DNA of 64,000 bases from Chthoniobacterales bacterium. Its GTDB lineage: Bacteria > Verrucomicrobiota > Verrucomicrobiia > Chthoniobacterales > Chthoniobacteraceae. The notes below the pieces were generated by a model that saw nothing but the letters and a program-made list of their open reading frames with translations, searched no databases and was not told the DNA's origin. Location of the stretch: the NCBI GenBank assembly GCA_038228115.1, contig JBBRPM010000006.1:93366-157365 (forward strand). Direction: 5' to 3'. Shown one piece after another: positions 9,211 to 17,924 of the stretch (its first letter is position 1; every line of letters begins with the position of its first letter). The position numbers and the translations under genes are program-made.

Positions 9211-9603
9211 ATGAGTGCCACTCCCGCCGAATTCCTCGTCATCTCCCGTGGGCAATGGGACGCGGAGCTACCGCCGGAAAGGATTCAAGTGGCCATCGAC
9301 GAGTTCTATACCTGGCTGGATAGATTGGTGCGCGACGGGAAAATGAAGATGGGGCAACGGCTCGCTGTCGGAGGAAAGACGGTCGCGCGTGACGCCATTA
9401 TTGACGGTCCGTTTGGCGAATCGAAGGAAGTGATCGGCGGTTACTGGTTCATCGTCGCTAGCAGCCTTGAAGAAGCCGCGCAAATCGCCCAGGGCAACCC
9501 ATGCTTGCAATGCGGCCTGTTCTTCGAAATCCGGTCTATCGAGACCCGTCGCGCGTGCGCCTTCACGAAGGCCAACGAAACGCCCATCAGACCCAGCACT
9601 TAG
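9211..9603 (+). CDS. YciI-like (YCII-related, Dabb-fold) protein
   Basis: 130-aa ORF with the DGPFGESKEVIGGYWFI motif. Confidence 0.5.
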   Translation: MSATPAEFLVISRGQWDAELPPERIQVAIDEFYTWLDRLVRDGKMKMGQRLAVGGKTVARDAIIDGPFGESKEVIGGYWFIVASSLEEAAQIAQGNPCLQCGLFFEIRSIETRRACAFTKANETPIRPST

Positions 9604-9609
9604 CCGGCC

Positions 9610-10314
9610 ATGAAGATCTGGATCGGTACATCCGGCTTTCAGTATCCGGAGTGGAAGGGGAAGTTCTATCCTGAGAAGATGTCGGCGGCGAAGATGCTGC
9701 CGTATTATGCGGAGCGGTTCACGAGCACCGAGAGTAACTATTCCTTTCGCACGATCCCGAGCCGCGCCACGATCGACAAATGGGCTGCGTCCACGCCGGA
9801 GCGGTTTCGGTTTAGCTTTAAGGCGCTGCAGGAGATCACGCATTTCAAGCGGTTGAAGGGTTGCGCGGAAAAAGTGCGCGCCTTTTACGATGGTATCTCG
9901 CCGATGGGTGTAAAACTGGGAGCTGTCCTTTTCCAACTGCCTCCTAACTTCCAACGCGATACTCCACTCTTAAGTTCGTTTCTTGACGAGTTACCGCAAG
10001 GAATGAGAGCGGCCTTTGAGTTTCGTCATGAGTCTTGGTTTAGCGATGAGGTGTTTCTTTGTCTGAAAGACCACGCGGCGGCTCTTTGCATTGCTGAAGA
10101 CGAGAATCTCGCGACTCCATCCGTTGCGACGACCAATTTCGGTTATCTCCGTTTACGCCAAACGGACTACAAATCTGCCGACCTGAAACGCTGGGCGAAG
10201 TTTGTGCGGGAGCAGGATTGGCAGGAAACTTTCGTCTATTTCAAACACGAAGAATCGGGCTGCGGCCCAGAGTTCGGCCAGACGTTTCAAAAGCTCGTCG
10301 GAGCGGACACCTAA
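9610..10314 (+). CDS. DUF72 (YecE-like) family protein
   Basis: N-terminus MKIWIGTSGFQYPEWKGKFYP is diagnostic of DUF72. Confidence 0.75.
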   Translation: MKIWIGTSGFQYPEWKGKFYPEKMSAAKMLPYYAERFTSTESNYSFRTIPSRATIDKWAASTPERFRFSFKALQEITHFKRLKGCAEKVRAFYDGISPMGVKLGAVLFQLPPNFQRDTPLLSSFLDELPQGMRAAFEFRHESWFSDEVFLCLKDHAAALCIAEDENLATPSVATTNFGYLRLRQTDYKSADLKRWAKFVREQDWQETFVYFKHEESGCGPEFGQTFQKLVGADT

Positions 10315-10402
10315 TTTTTTTCAACCAATACGCGCACTTTTCTTCACGCGAGGTTGAAGCGGGCACCAATTGCGTTCAGCGTGGAATCAAATCCACGACG
10401 TC

Positions 10403-10813
10403 ATGAACCCACCCGCCACTCAATCCGAATTCATGCTGCTCTTTCGCAACACCCAGCTCGAAACGCGACTTTCGCTGGAGGAAATGCAGGAGGCGATGGG
10501 GCGGCTGAATGAGTGGCTGGCGAAATGGAAGGCGTACGGAGGGATGACTTCGGGGCAGCCGCTCGGCAACGAAGGGCGGGTGATTTCTGGCGCGAAGCAG
10601 CGGACGGTGGCCGACGGGCCGTTTGCGGAGGCGAAGGAAGTCGTGGGCGGGTATGTGATGGTGCGGGCGGCGGATCTGGATGACGCGGAGAGGATCGCGA
10701 GTGGGTGGCCGTTGCTCGACTACGATTGCTCAGTCGAGGTGCGCCCGATTCACCGGGAATGCGGGGCGATGGAAGAGGTCGGGATGGAGCTAGTGAAATT
10801 CGACGCTGAATAA
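10403..10813 (+). CDS. YciI-like protein, paralogue of the 9211..9603 ORF
   Basis: Start at MNPPATQ; DGPFAEAKEVVGGYVMV motif parallels the upstream paralogue. Confidence 0.5.
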   Translation: MNPPATQSEFMLLFRNTQLETRLSLEEMQEAMGRLNEWLAKWKAYGGMTSGQPLGNEGRVISGAKQRTVADGPFAEAKEVVGGYVMVRAADLDDAERIASGWPLLDYDCSVEVRPIHRECGAMEEVGMELVKFDAE

Positions 10814-10823
10814 GCGGCCCGGC

Positions 10824-13040
10824 TCAGAGCGCTTCGCGTTTGCCCTTCTTCGAGCGCCGTTCCATTTCCCTGGCGATCCGATCCGCTTTTTCGGTGTTGC
10901 CGCACGTTTTCCAGCACTCGGCGACGAAGGCGTGCGCGGAGTTTTGGCTGCCGATGGCGAACCAATCCAGCGTGGCAGTCTCCACGTAGCGATCGTAGGT
11001 GCTTTCGATCTGACGCGCGCTTTTTTCGCGTTCGCTTTCGCTGCCGGAACACATGCTGAAGTAGTCGCGCGCGAGCGTTTTCCAAGCAGACGGATTGCCC
11101 CCATTTTCCTGAAGCGAACGATGGTAGAGCTGATGCAGCGAATCGAACTTGCCGGCCTCGGCGAGGAGCTGTCCTTCGCGCTTCACGAGTTCCGCCATCG
11201 CGCCCGTATCCTTGCTCGCGTCGGACAGGCGCGGGTCTTTGAATTTCTTCGCGTCCTGCTTCAGGTCGTGAATCGAGTCCTTCACGTCCTGCTGCGGGAA
11301 AATGAATTCCTCCTGCAACTTGCGCGCTTCGGCGAGCATCACTTTGTCATCGGAAAAACGGCGCTTGATCTCATGTACGATTCCGTCCCACGCGGTCACG
11401 TCGGCATCGCGATGAAAAGCGCGCCAGTGCGCCAGTTTCGCATCCCAAGCGATCGACAGACGCGGGGATGTCTTCAGCGAAAGGTCGATCGCGGAGTCTG
11501 CCTTCGCGTTGTCTTTGAGCGCAGCTTGGAGATCGGACAGCCAGAGGAAACGGTGGGCAACGAGCGTGCGTTGCGCGCCGGCTTCGTGCGGATCGCTGCG
11601 GCGGACAAATTCCATTTCCGAAATGCTGCGTCCCGTCTGCGGATCGGTGGTGGTGCCGGCAGCGTAGCCGCCGATGCGACCGGACTCCGCCCACTTATCA
11701 TCGTCCGGCATCCAGCGAATCCACGCGTGCCCGCCGAGCGGCCCGTCGCCGCCGATGATCGCCGCCGGGATGCCATTGGCGCGGCCCGTGTAGGCGGCGA
11801 AGTAAGCGCGGTCGCCGCAGACGCCGCCTTTTTCCAGGATCTCCGCGAAGGTGTAAGAGTCGTACGCGACCTTAGCCTGACCCGTCACGGCCTTGGTCAT
11901 GTCGTATTTCACCATGCCGTAGGCTTCGCCCCAATTCCGCTGGCGCAGATGCACTTTCTTCAGCGCCCATTCCAGCTCGGACATCGGCACCGGCGTGGCG
12001 ACTACCCACACGAGTTCGCCCGCCGAGTAGCGGTCGATGTGCGTTTGCAGTTGGCCCTGTTCGTTTTTGTCTTTGTAAAAATTGAACCGCTCGCGGGGCG
12101 TGATTTCGAGCGTCTCGCTGTTCCACTGCGGGTGAAAGGGCTTGTCGTAAACGAGCGCCACGGCGAGGGCCAGTTCACGATATTTTCCACGCACGGAATC
12201 ATCTTCCGCCGCGAGCTTCGACCAGACGCGGAGGACGTCGCGCGCGCTGTCTTCGCGGCGCAGATTTTTGAGCAGCGACTCCGTGGCCTCCGGCGTCTGC
12301 AGCAGCCAGGTGAAAAACGAGCGCGAGCCGGCGTCCTCGGTGAGATACGCGCGGGCATCGGCGGGCAGCCGGTAGAGGAGGGTGTGCTGGAGCAGCGCCT
12401 CGTAAAAGACAGGGTTTTTCAGCACCCGATCGTAGCTCTGCGGCAGCGAAAAATCGGTCATCTTCTTTAACTCGACCGCGAGTCCGCCGCGCAGCCACTC
12501 CGCATACTGGGTCCACTTTCCTTTCGCAAAGGCCTCTTCCAGCGCGGCGGAGGCGCGCTTCATATTGGCGATGCTTCGCCCGGCTACGGGATCGAGGACG
12601 GCGGGCGGGGTGAAAACGTCGGGCTCCACCGCAGCGGTCGCGGGTGCGGGCTTCGGCACTGCTTCGGGCATGGGCTTGGCCGGGGCTTCCGGTATCGGCG
12701 CGGGGATTGCCAGCAACTCCGCTTTCGCGATTACCACTGCGCGCGCCGCGGGATCCGGCTGCTCCACCGGCGCAGCTTCGACGATCGCGACGATCGGTTT
12801 CGCGGCCTTGGAATGAGACCGCGACCCTTGCCACCAAAAAAATGCACCGACAGCACCCACCGCGCACATCCCCGCCCAAAACGCGCCGCCGCTGCCGCCG
12901 GTTTTCGGTGGGGCAGCGCCTGCGGTGACCTTCTTCGCGGGTTGCCTTGCGACTCTCGGTGCCACGGGTGCAGTTGGAGCCGGGCGGGTTGCGAGAGCCT
13001 GCCGATTCGGCTGAGGGCGGCGATTGGTGGGACCGTTCAT
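10824..13040 (-). CDS. Membrane-anchored transglutaminase-like cysteine-protease-domain protein with Pro/Ala-rich linker
   Basis: 738 aa with an N-terminal TM segment and a Pro/Ala-rich region. Putative Cys/His core GVCGDRAYFAAY ... GGHAWIRW. Confidence 0.6.
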   Translation of the reverse strand: MNGPTNRRPQPNRQALATRPAPTAPVAPRVARQPAKKVTAGAAPPKTGGSGGAFWAGMCAVGAVGAFFWWQGSRSHSKAAKPIVAIVEAAPVEQPDPAARAVVIAKAELLAIPAPIPEAPAKPMPEAVPKPAPATAAVEPDVFTPPAVLDPVAGRSIANMKRASAALEEAFAKGKWTQYAEWLRGGLAVELKKMTDFSLPQSYDRVLKNPVFYEALLQHTLLYRLPADARAYLTEDAGSRSFFTWLLQTPEATESLLKNLRREDSARDVLRVWSKLAAEDDSVRGKYRELALAVALVYDKPFHPQWNSETLEITPRERFNFYKDKNEQGQLQTHIDRYSAGELVWVVATPVPMSELEWALKKVHLRQRNWGEAYGMVKYDMTKAVTGQAKVAYDSYTFAEILEKGGVCGDRAYFAAYTGRANGIPAAIIGGDGPLGGHAWIRWMPDDDKWAESGRIGGYAAGTTTDPQTGRSISEMEFVRRSDPHEAGAQRTLVAHRFLWLSDLQAALKDNAKADSAIDLSLKTSPRLSIAWDAKLAHWRAFHRDADVTAWDGIVHEIKRRFSDDKVMLAEARKLQEEFIFPQQDVKDSIHDLKQDAKKFKDPRLSDASKDTGAMAELVKREGQLLAEAGKFDSLHQLYHRSLQENGGNPSAWKTLARDYFSMCSGSESEREKSARQIESTYDRYVETATLDWFAIGSQNSAHAFVAECWKTCGNTEKADRIAREMERRSKKGKREAL

Positions 13041-13208
13041 AGCCAGAAAGTTTCGCGAATCTTGGCAGGAACGCGGGCCGGCGCAAGCGTTCTGTGGACG
13101 GGCTTCCGAGGGAAAATTCGCGCCGTTTTTTCGCCGGATCGCATTTACTGTTTGCCAACGCGAAGCGGCCGGTCGAACAATACGCCGGTCGTTACAAAGT
13201 AAACGTTT

Positions 13209-13475
13209 ATGATTGAACTAGAGGTCTATGCCGCGGGTATCCGCAATTTGGAAAAAATCCTGGAACTCGACCACGAGTTCGAGGCGGTGCCCGGTCTTCG
13301 CTACAAGGTGGATAGCAATCATGACATCGTGTATCTCGATTTCGAGGAGGCCACGATGACGATTCAGGAGATCCGCAGCGTCTTCCGGAAGCTCGGCCTG
13401 GAGCCGCGCGTGGTTGGCCAGATTCCCGGCGAGTTAAATCCAAAGGGGAAGACGCAGCCGATTCGTATCGCCTGA
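13209..13475 (+). CDS. Hypothetical small protein
   Basis: 88-aa ORF with an ATG start and coding-like composition; no recognisable motif. Confidence 0.35.
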   Translation: MIELEVYAAGIRNLEKILELDHEFEAVPGLRYKVDSNHDIVYLDFEEATMTIQEIRSVFRKLGLEPRVVGQIPGELNPKGKTQPIRIA

Positions 13476-13500
13476 GCCCTACCCGCGATAGGCACCGCGC

Positions 13501-14253
13501 CTAGTGCCGCTGGACGATCGCGAGGTAATTGCGCACCGTTTTCCACTCCCGTTTGTAAAACGGGGACGGCTCGCGTTTCACCCACAGCGCGCTCGACGAC
13601 CCGCCATCCAGATTCAACGCGCGCGAGATGCGGGCGGTGTGGAGCAGTTGCGGCACGGCTAGGATTTGCGCAGTTTCCGCGAGCGTTGCCGAAGCGCAAT
13701 TCAGCACGCCGAAGTTTCCCGCGCCGTCGGTGAAGACGACCGTTCGAGTCGCGCTCCGCGTGTCGTCCAAACCAGCGACCGCCTTCCCACCATCGACTAA
13801 AAAGGGCCCGGCCTGCATCGCCTCCTGCACTTCGGCGGATGCTTTGAATTCCTTCATCCGCAGCAAAGCGATGCCGCTTTTCCGCACCACCACGAGCCCG
13901 GAAAGCAGCTTCGTATTTTCCAGCGGATGAATCGTCACACGCTGCCGCACAAGCAGCCCGAGCGGCGTGTGGTCCGGCTGAAAATATCCGCCGTTCACCG
14001 CCGCCACCGCCCCGCGTTTCATCGAGGCGCTTCCGAGATCGAACGCACCTTCGGGATTATCCATCACGGCGAAGGTGTGGGTCTTCGCAGCAAACTGGAC
14101 GAAATGCAGCACGACTGTGCGCTCGCCATTCGTCACGGTGCGACGAAAAAAATCGAGGCCGGCCGGCGCAGCGAGTGGTTCGGCATTTGAGTAGCGCCAC
14201 TCGGCGCGGAGCGGGGCGAGCAGGGCGAAAAAAGCGAGCGCGAGACGGAGCAT
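13501..14253 (-). CDS. Phosphodiester glycosidase (DUF2233/NAGPA-like) family protein, secreted
   Basis: Start at MLRLALAFF (signal peptide). Patterns VNGGYF and NLDGGSSSAL are typical of this family. Confidence 0.5.
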   Translation of the reverse strand: MLRLALAFFALLAPLRAEWRYSNAEPLAAPAGLDFFRRTVTNGERTVVLHFVQFAAKTHTFAVMDNPEGAFDLGSASMKRGAVAAVNGGYFQPDHTPLGLLVRQRVTIHPLENTKLLSGLVVVRKSGIALLRMKEFKASAEVQEAMQAGPFLVDGGKAVAGLDDTRSATRTVVFTDGAGNFGVLNCASATLAETAQILAVPQLLHTARISRALNLDGGSSSALWVKREPSPFYKREWKTVRNYLAIVQRH

Positions 14254-14315
14254 GGCGGCCAGGATAACGCGCGGAAACCAGTGCGCACGCAAACGCTTTC
14301 TGGCATGCGTCGTCC

Positions 14316-15317
14316 ATGCGCTTTCGATTTTTCCACGCCCTGTCCGCATTCGTCCTCGCCGTCGGCGCGACTGCAGCCGCGGCGCGTCTCGAAGTCATCA
14401 GCATCACGAGTGAAAAGCTGCGCGGCAATCCGCTCGGCGATCCCGCGACGCGCCGGATCGCGGTCTTCGGCCCGGATGGCGTAACAAACGCGCCGCTCGT
14501 GATCTACCTGCCGGGCTGGGGTGGCTCGTCGGAAGACGCGATTGCGCAAGGGACGACCGGATGGTTTGGCGAAGTGATCGATCGCCTCGCGGCGAAGGGA
14601 ATGCCCTTTCGCATCGCGGTCGTCGATGGACGTTCGCGCTACGGCGGGAGCCAGTTTTTGAATTCGAGTGCGACCGGTGACTATGCGGATTACGTCGCGG
14701 AAGAAATCCTGCCCGCGCTTTCCAAAGAGGGCGCAAAATCGTGCCTCATTGCCGGCCATTCCAGCGGCGGCTACGGTGCGCTGATGCTCGCCATTTCGCA
14801 CCACGAAAAGTTTCCCGCCGTCGTCGCGCTCTCACCGGACAGCGATTTCGAGACGACGCACAAACCGCTCGTCGAAGATCCGTCCGTCCGCGCCGTGACG
14901 CGCGCAGAACTGGAAGCCGCGATGGCTCCTAAAAATCCCGCGCCAATTCCCGCCGGCCTCTTCCTCGGCCTGTGCGCAAACTACGCGCCGATCGCGGGAA
15001 AGCCCGGCCGCTTCGAGTGGCTTTACGACGAGCGCGGCCAGTGGCGCGCAGACGCGTGGGCGCGCTGGATTGCACTCGATCCACTCACCATCGTTCGCAA
15101 AAATCCCGATGCCTTCGCGAAGACGCAGCGCGTTTACCTCGACGGCGCGGAGCACGATGAATTCGGCGCGAACATCGGCGCGCGGAAAATCTACGACGTG
15201 CTGCGCGAAAAAATCGAGCGCGTGACTTTCTACGAGTCACCCGGCCACCACGCCGATGGCCTCACGGAGCGGCTCATCCGCGGGCTGGAGTGGGTGACAG
15301 AAAAACCTGCGCGCTGA
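14316..15317 (+). CDS. Secreted alpha/beta-hydrolase esterase (esterase D-like)
   Basis: Signal peptide plus GHSSGGYGA nucleophile-elbow motif. Confidence 0.65.
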   Translation: MRFRFFHALSAFVLAVGATAAAARLEVISITSEKLRGNPLGDPATRRIAVFGPDGVTNAPLVIYLPGWGGSSEDAIAQGTTGWFGEVIDRLAAKGMPFRIAVVDGRSRYGGSQFLNSSATGDYADYVAEEILPALSKEGAKSCLIAGHSSGGYGALMLAISHHEKFPAVVALSPDSDFETTHKPLVEDPSVRAVTRAELEAAMAPKNPAPIPAGLFLGLCANYAPIAGKPGRFEWLYDERGQWRADAWARWIALDPLTIVRKNPDAFAKTQRVYLDGAEHDEFGANIGARKIYDVLREKIERVTFYESPGHHADGLTERLIRGLEWVTEKPAR

Positions 15318-15432
15318 GAAGCCGCGGCTTTTTTAAGACTCGCGCCGCAAAAAGCGGAGAGTGAATCGCGTTTGAAACAACCGATTCAGCCGTATCGTCG
15401 GCGCAATCGGAAACCACATCCCCCATTACGAC

Positions 15433-16791
15433 ATGAGCAAATCATCTCCGCGGCATTCCCAGCTTAAAAAAGCGAAGAAAAACGGCCTCCTTCTCGGATG
15501 GAATTCGGACACCGCGCGCTCGCGGCTCATCGGATTTGGGTGCGAGGAAAAAGCGGCGGCTCCCGGCGATTCCGCCAGCGATCCGGCCCCGTTTTTCGCC
15601 ACCGATCCCGAGCAGCATCTCGTCACCATCGCACCGACCGGGGCGGGAAAAGGGCGCTCGTGCATCATCCCCACGCTGCTTCGCTATCCCGGCTCTTGCG
15701 TCGTCGTGGACATCAAGGGCGAAGCCGCCTCCGTCACCGCGGCGCATCGCGAAAAAATGGGGCATAAAGTGGTGGTGCTCGATCCGTTTCAGGCGAGCCG
15801 CATTTCGTGCGGAGCGCTGAATCCGTTCGACACCTTCCCGCTGCTGAATACGGGCGTGGAAGACTTCGCGCTCACCATTCCCGAGTGCCTTCACCCCGGC
15901 CAGACGGGCACGCTCCTCGACCCATTTTGGGACACGAAAGCGGATGGCCTGATCGCCGGTGTCGCCGCGGCGCTGCTCACCGGATACCCGGAAAACGAAA
16001 GGCATTTCCTCAAGATGCGCGACATCCTGCTGGCAGACGACATGATCTATAGCCTTGCCGTGCTTTTGGACACGAAAGGCAAAGATTTGCCTTTGCTCGC
16101 CCGGCAGCAAATCGCCGCCTTCCTGCAAACGGAGGAAAAATGTCGGAGCGGAATCATGGCCACCGCGCAGCAGCATTTTAACTGCCTTTACGAGCCGCGC
16201 GTCGAGGCCACGCTGCGCGAGACGTCGTTCGACATCGCCGCGTTCCGCGATGGCCAGCCGGTCACCATTTATCTCGTCATCCCGCCGAGCCAGCTCGCAG
16301 GTTACGGCAAGCTTCTGCGCATTTGGATTCACAGCCTGCTCAGCATCGCGCTCGCCCGCCGCACCCGCCCCGAGCTGCCCACGCTTTTTATCGTCGATGA
16401 AGCGGCGCAACTCGGCGCGCTCTCCACGCTCCGAACCGCGATCACGCTGCTCCGCGGTTACGGCGTCCGCACTTGGACGTTTTGGCAGGACATGTCGCAG
16501 CTCAAGCGTCTGTATCCCGATTGGGAAACGATCGTGAACAACGCCGGCATCCTGCAAGTTTTCGGCGTCACCAATCACCTCGCCGCGAAAGCCTTGTCCG
16601 AGTTGCTCGGCGATCAAATCACGCAAGCCGACATCCTGCGCATGCCGCGCGACGAGCAGTTTGTGATGCAATCGGGCGGCCATTTGCACCGGCTGCGCCG
16701 CGTCGATTACCTCAAAGACCGTCTCTTCAAAGGTCTCTTCCAGCCGAATCCGTTTTACGCGAAAGGCAAAGGAACGGGGCCGGCGCGATAG
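15433..16791 (+). CDS. TraD/TraG/VirD4-family type IV coupling protein ATPase domain (orphan, no N-terminal TM segments)
   Basis: Walker A IAPTGAGKGRS, Walker B LFIVDEAAQLG, and T4CP-like architecture. No other T4SS genes in the window. Confidence 0.65.
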   Translation: MSKSSPRHSQLKKAKKNGLLLGWNSDTARSRLIGFGCEEKAAAPGDSASDPAPFFATDPEQHLVTIAPTGAGKGRSCIIPTLLRYPGSCVVVDIKGEAASVTAAHREKMGHKVVVLDPFQASRISCGALNPFDTFPLLNTGVEDFALTIPECLHPGQTGTLLDPFWDTKADGLIAGVAAALLTGYPENERHFLKMRDILLADDMIYSLAVLLDTKGKDLPLLARQQIAAFLQTEEKCRSGIMATAQQHFNCLYEPRVEATLRETSFDIAAFRDGQPVTIYLVIPPSQLAGYGKLLRIWIHSLLSIALARRTRPELPTLFIVDEAAQLGALSTLRTAITLLRGYGVRTWTFWQDMSQLKRLYPDWETIVNNAGILQVFGVTNHLAAKALSELLGDQITQADILRMPRDEQFVMQSGGHLHRLRRVDYLKDRLFKGLFQPNPFYAKGKGTGPAR

Positions 16792-16796
16792 CGCGA

Positions 16797-17720
16797 TTAC
16801 TTCACGCCCATTGCGAGCACGGTCTGAAACTGCGGATTTTGCTCATCGCGAGCGACGACGGTGACTTCGATGTCAGTGAAACCTGCGTCTTCGAGGAATC
16901 CGTGCAGCTCCGACTCGGTGAAGCCGAGCCAGGTGTCCGCGTAAAGCTCGCGCGCTTTTTCAAACTGATGCGCGAGCAGATCGAGGATCGCGATGCGTCC
17001 GCCTTTTTTCACGATGCGAAAAGCGGCCGCCACCGCGCGCGCGGGGCTAACCGCGTGGTGCAGCGCTTGACTCAACAGCGCGAGATCGACGGTGCCCGCG
17101 GGGATCGGCGGCGTCTCTAAATCGCCGTGGCGAAATTCGAGATTTTTGAAGCCGTGCTTCTTCGCCAGCGCCGCCCCGAACTCGACCATTTTTTCCGAGT
17201 TATCGACCGCGATCACCTTCTTCGCGCGCTTCGCCAGCAGTTGCGAAATCGTGCCCTCACCCGCGCCGAGATCGGCGATGATCATCGGCGGCGCGAGCGC
17301 GAAGAGCAGATGCGCGACGCCTTCCCAAGTGCGTCCCGGACAATACGCGCGGCCAAATTTTCCCGCGAGCTGATTGAAGTATTCGCGCGCCTTGTCCTGC
17401 CGTTTTTTGAGCGAAAGCTGGAGCGCCTTTTGGTCGCGCGCAGCTTCCGGCAATTCCTTCGCGCTGGCCGCGATCACCGACGCCAGTTCCGCGTGCGCCG
17501 GGTCGTCGGTGAGCGCGTAGTAAATATTCTTCCCCGCGCGCCGGTCGCGCACCAGACCCGCCTGCCGGAGCTGGCCGAGATGCATGGAAATCCGCGACTG
17601 GCCCATGCCCAGCACCTCCTGGATTTCGACCACGGAGAGCTCTTCTTTTTGCAAAAGCAGCAGCAACCGCAGGCGCGTTTCATCGGCGATCAGACGGAGT
17701 GATTTGACGATGGAAGCCAT
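16797..17720 (-). CDS. ArsR-family HTH regulator fused to class I SAM-dependent methyltransferase
   Basis: Start at MASIVKSL. ArsR HTH (LLLLLQKEELSVVEIQEVLGMGQSRISMHL), then methyltransferase motif I (IADLGAGEG). Confidence 0.75.
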   Translation of the reverse strand: MASIVKSLRLIADETRLRLLLLLQKEELSVVEIQEVLGMGQSRISMHLGQLRQAGLVRDRRAGKNIYYALTDDPAHAELASVIAASAKELPEAARDQKALQLSLKKRQDKAREYFNQLAGKFGRAYCPGRTWEGVAHLLFALAPPMIIADLGAGEGTISQLLAKRAKKVIAVDNSEKMVEFGAALAKKHGFKNLEFRHGDLETPPIPAGTVDLALLSQALHHAVSPARAVAAAFRIVKKGGRIAILDLLAHQFEKARELYADTWLGFTESELHGFLEDAGFTDIEVTVVARDEQNPQFQTVLAMGVK

Positions 17721-17841
17721 GCGGCGGTGACGGTAGCGGCCACTCACCGCGCGTCAATCCGGCGGCGTCCCGCCTTCCACCGTAACGGGAGTTGAAACGC
17801 ACGACGTGCGCCCCAACTCCCGCCGGGGTTGGGAAGAAAGC

Positions 17842-17909
17842 GGCCGGAATTCAGTTCTCAGGCAGCCGCGAAGTGTGCGGACTGGGTTTCCGAGAACTGA
17901 ATTCCGGCC
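17842..17909 (-). terminator. Perfect 18-bp stem hairpin (32-nt loop) 3' of the secreted-protein gene and upstream of the arsR-methyltransferase gene
   Basis: ggccggaattcagttctc ... gagaactgaattccggcc; a second short hairpin (cccaac...gttggg) lies at 17812..17833. Confidence 0.35.
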
Positions 17910-17924
17910 ACTTGTTCCCGCGTT

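Noticed and set aside
10932-12470. 512-aa ORF on the plus strand
   Set aside because: Antisense to the transglutaminase-like gene; low-complexity Arg-rich translation.
15442-16689. 415-aa ORF on the minus strand
   Set aside because: Exactly antisense to the T4CP-like gene; Arg/Gly/Ala-rich, as expected of GC-rich antisense frames; no motif.
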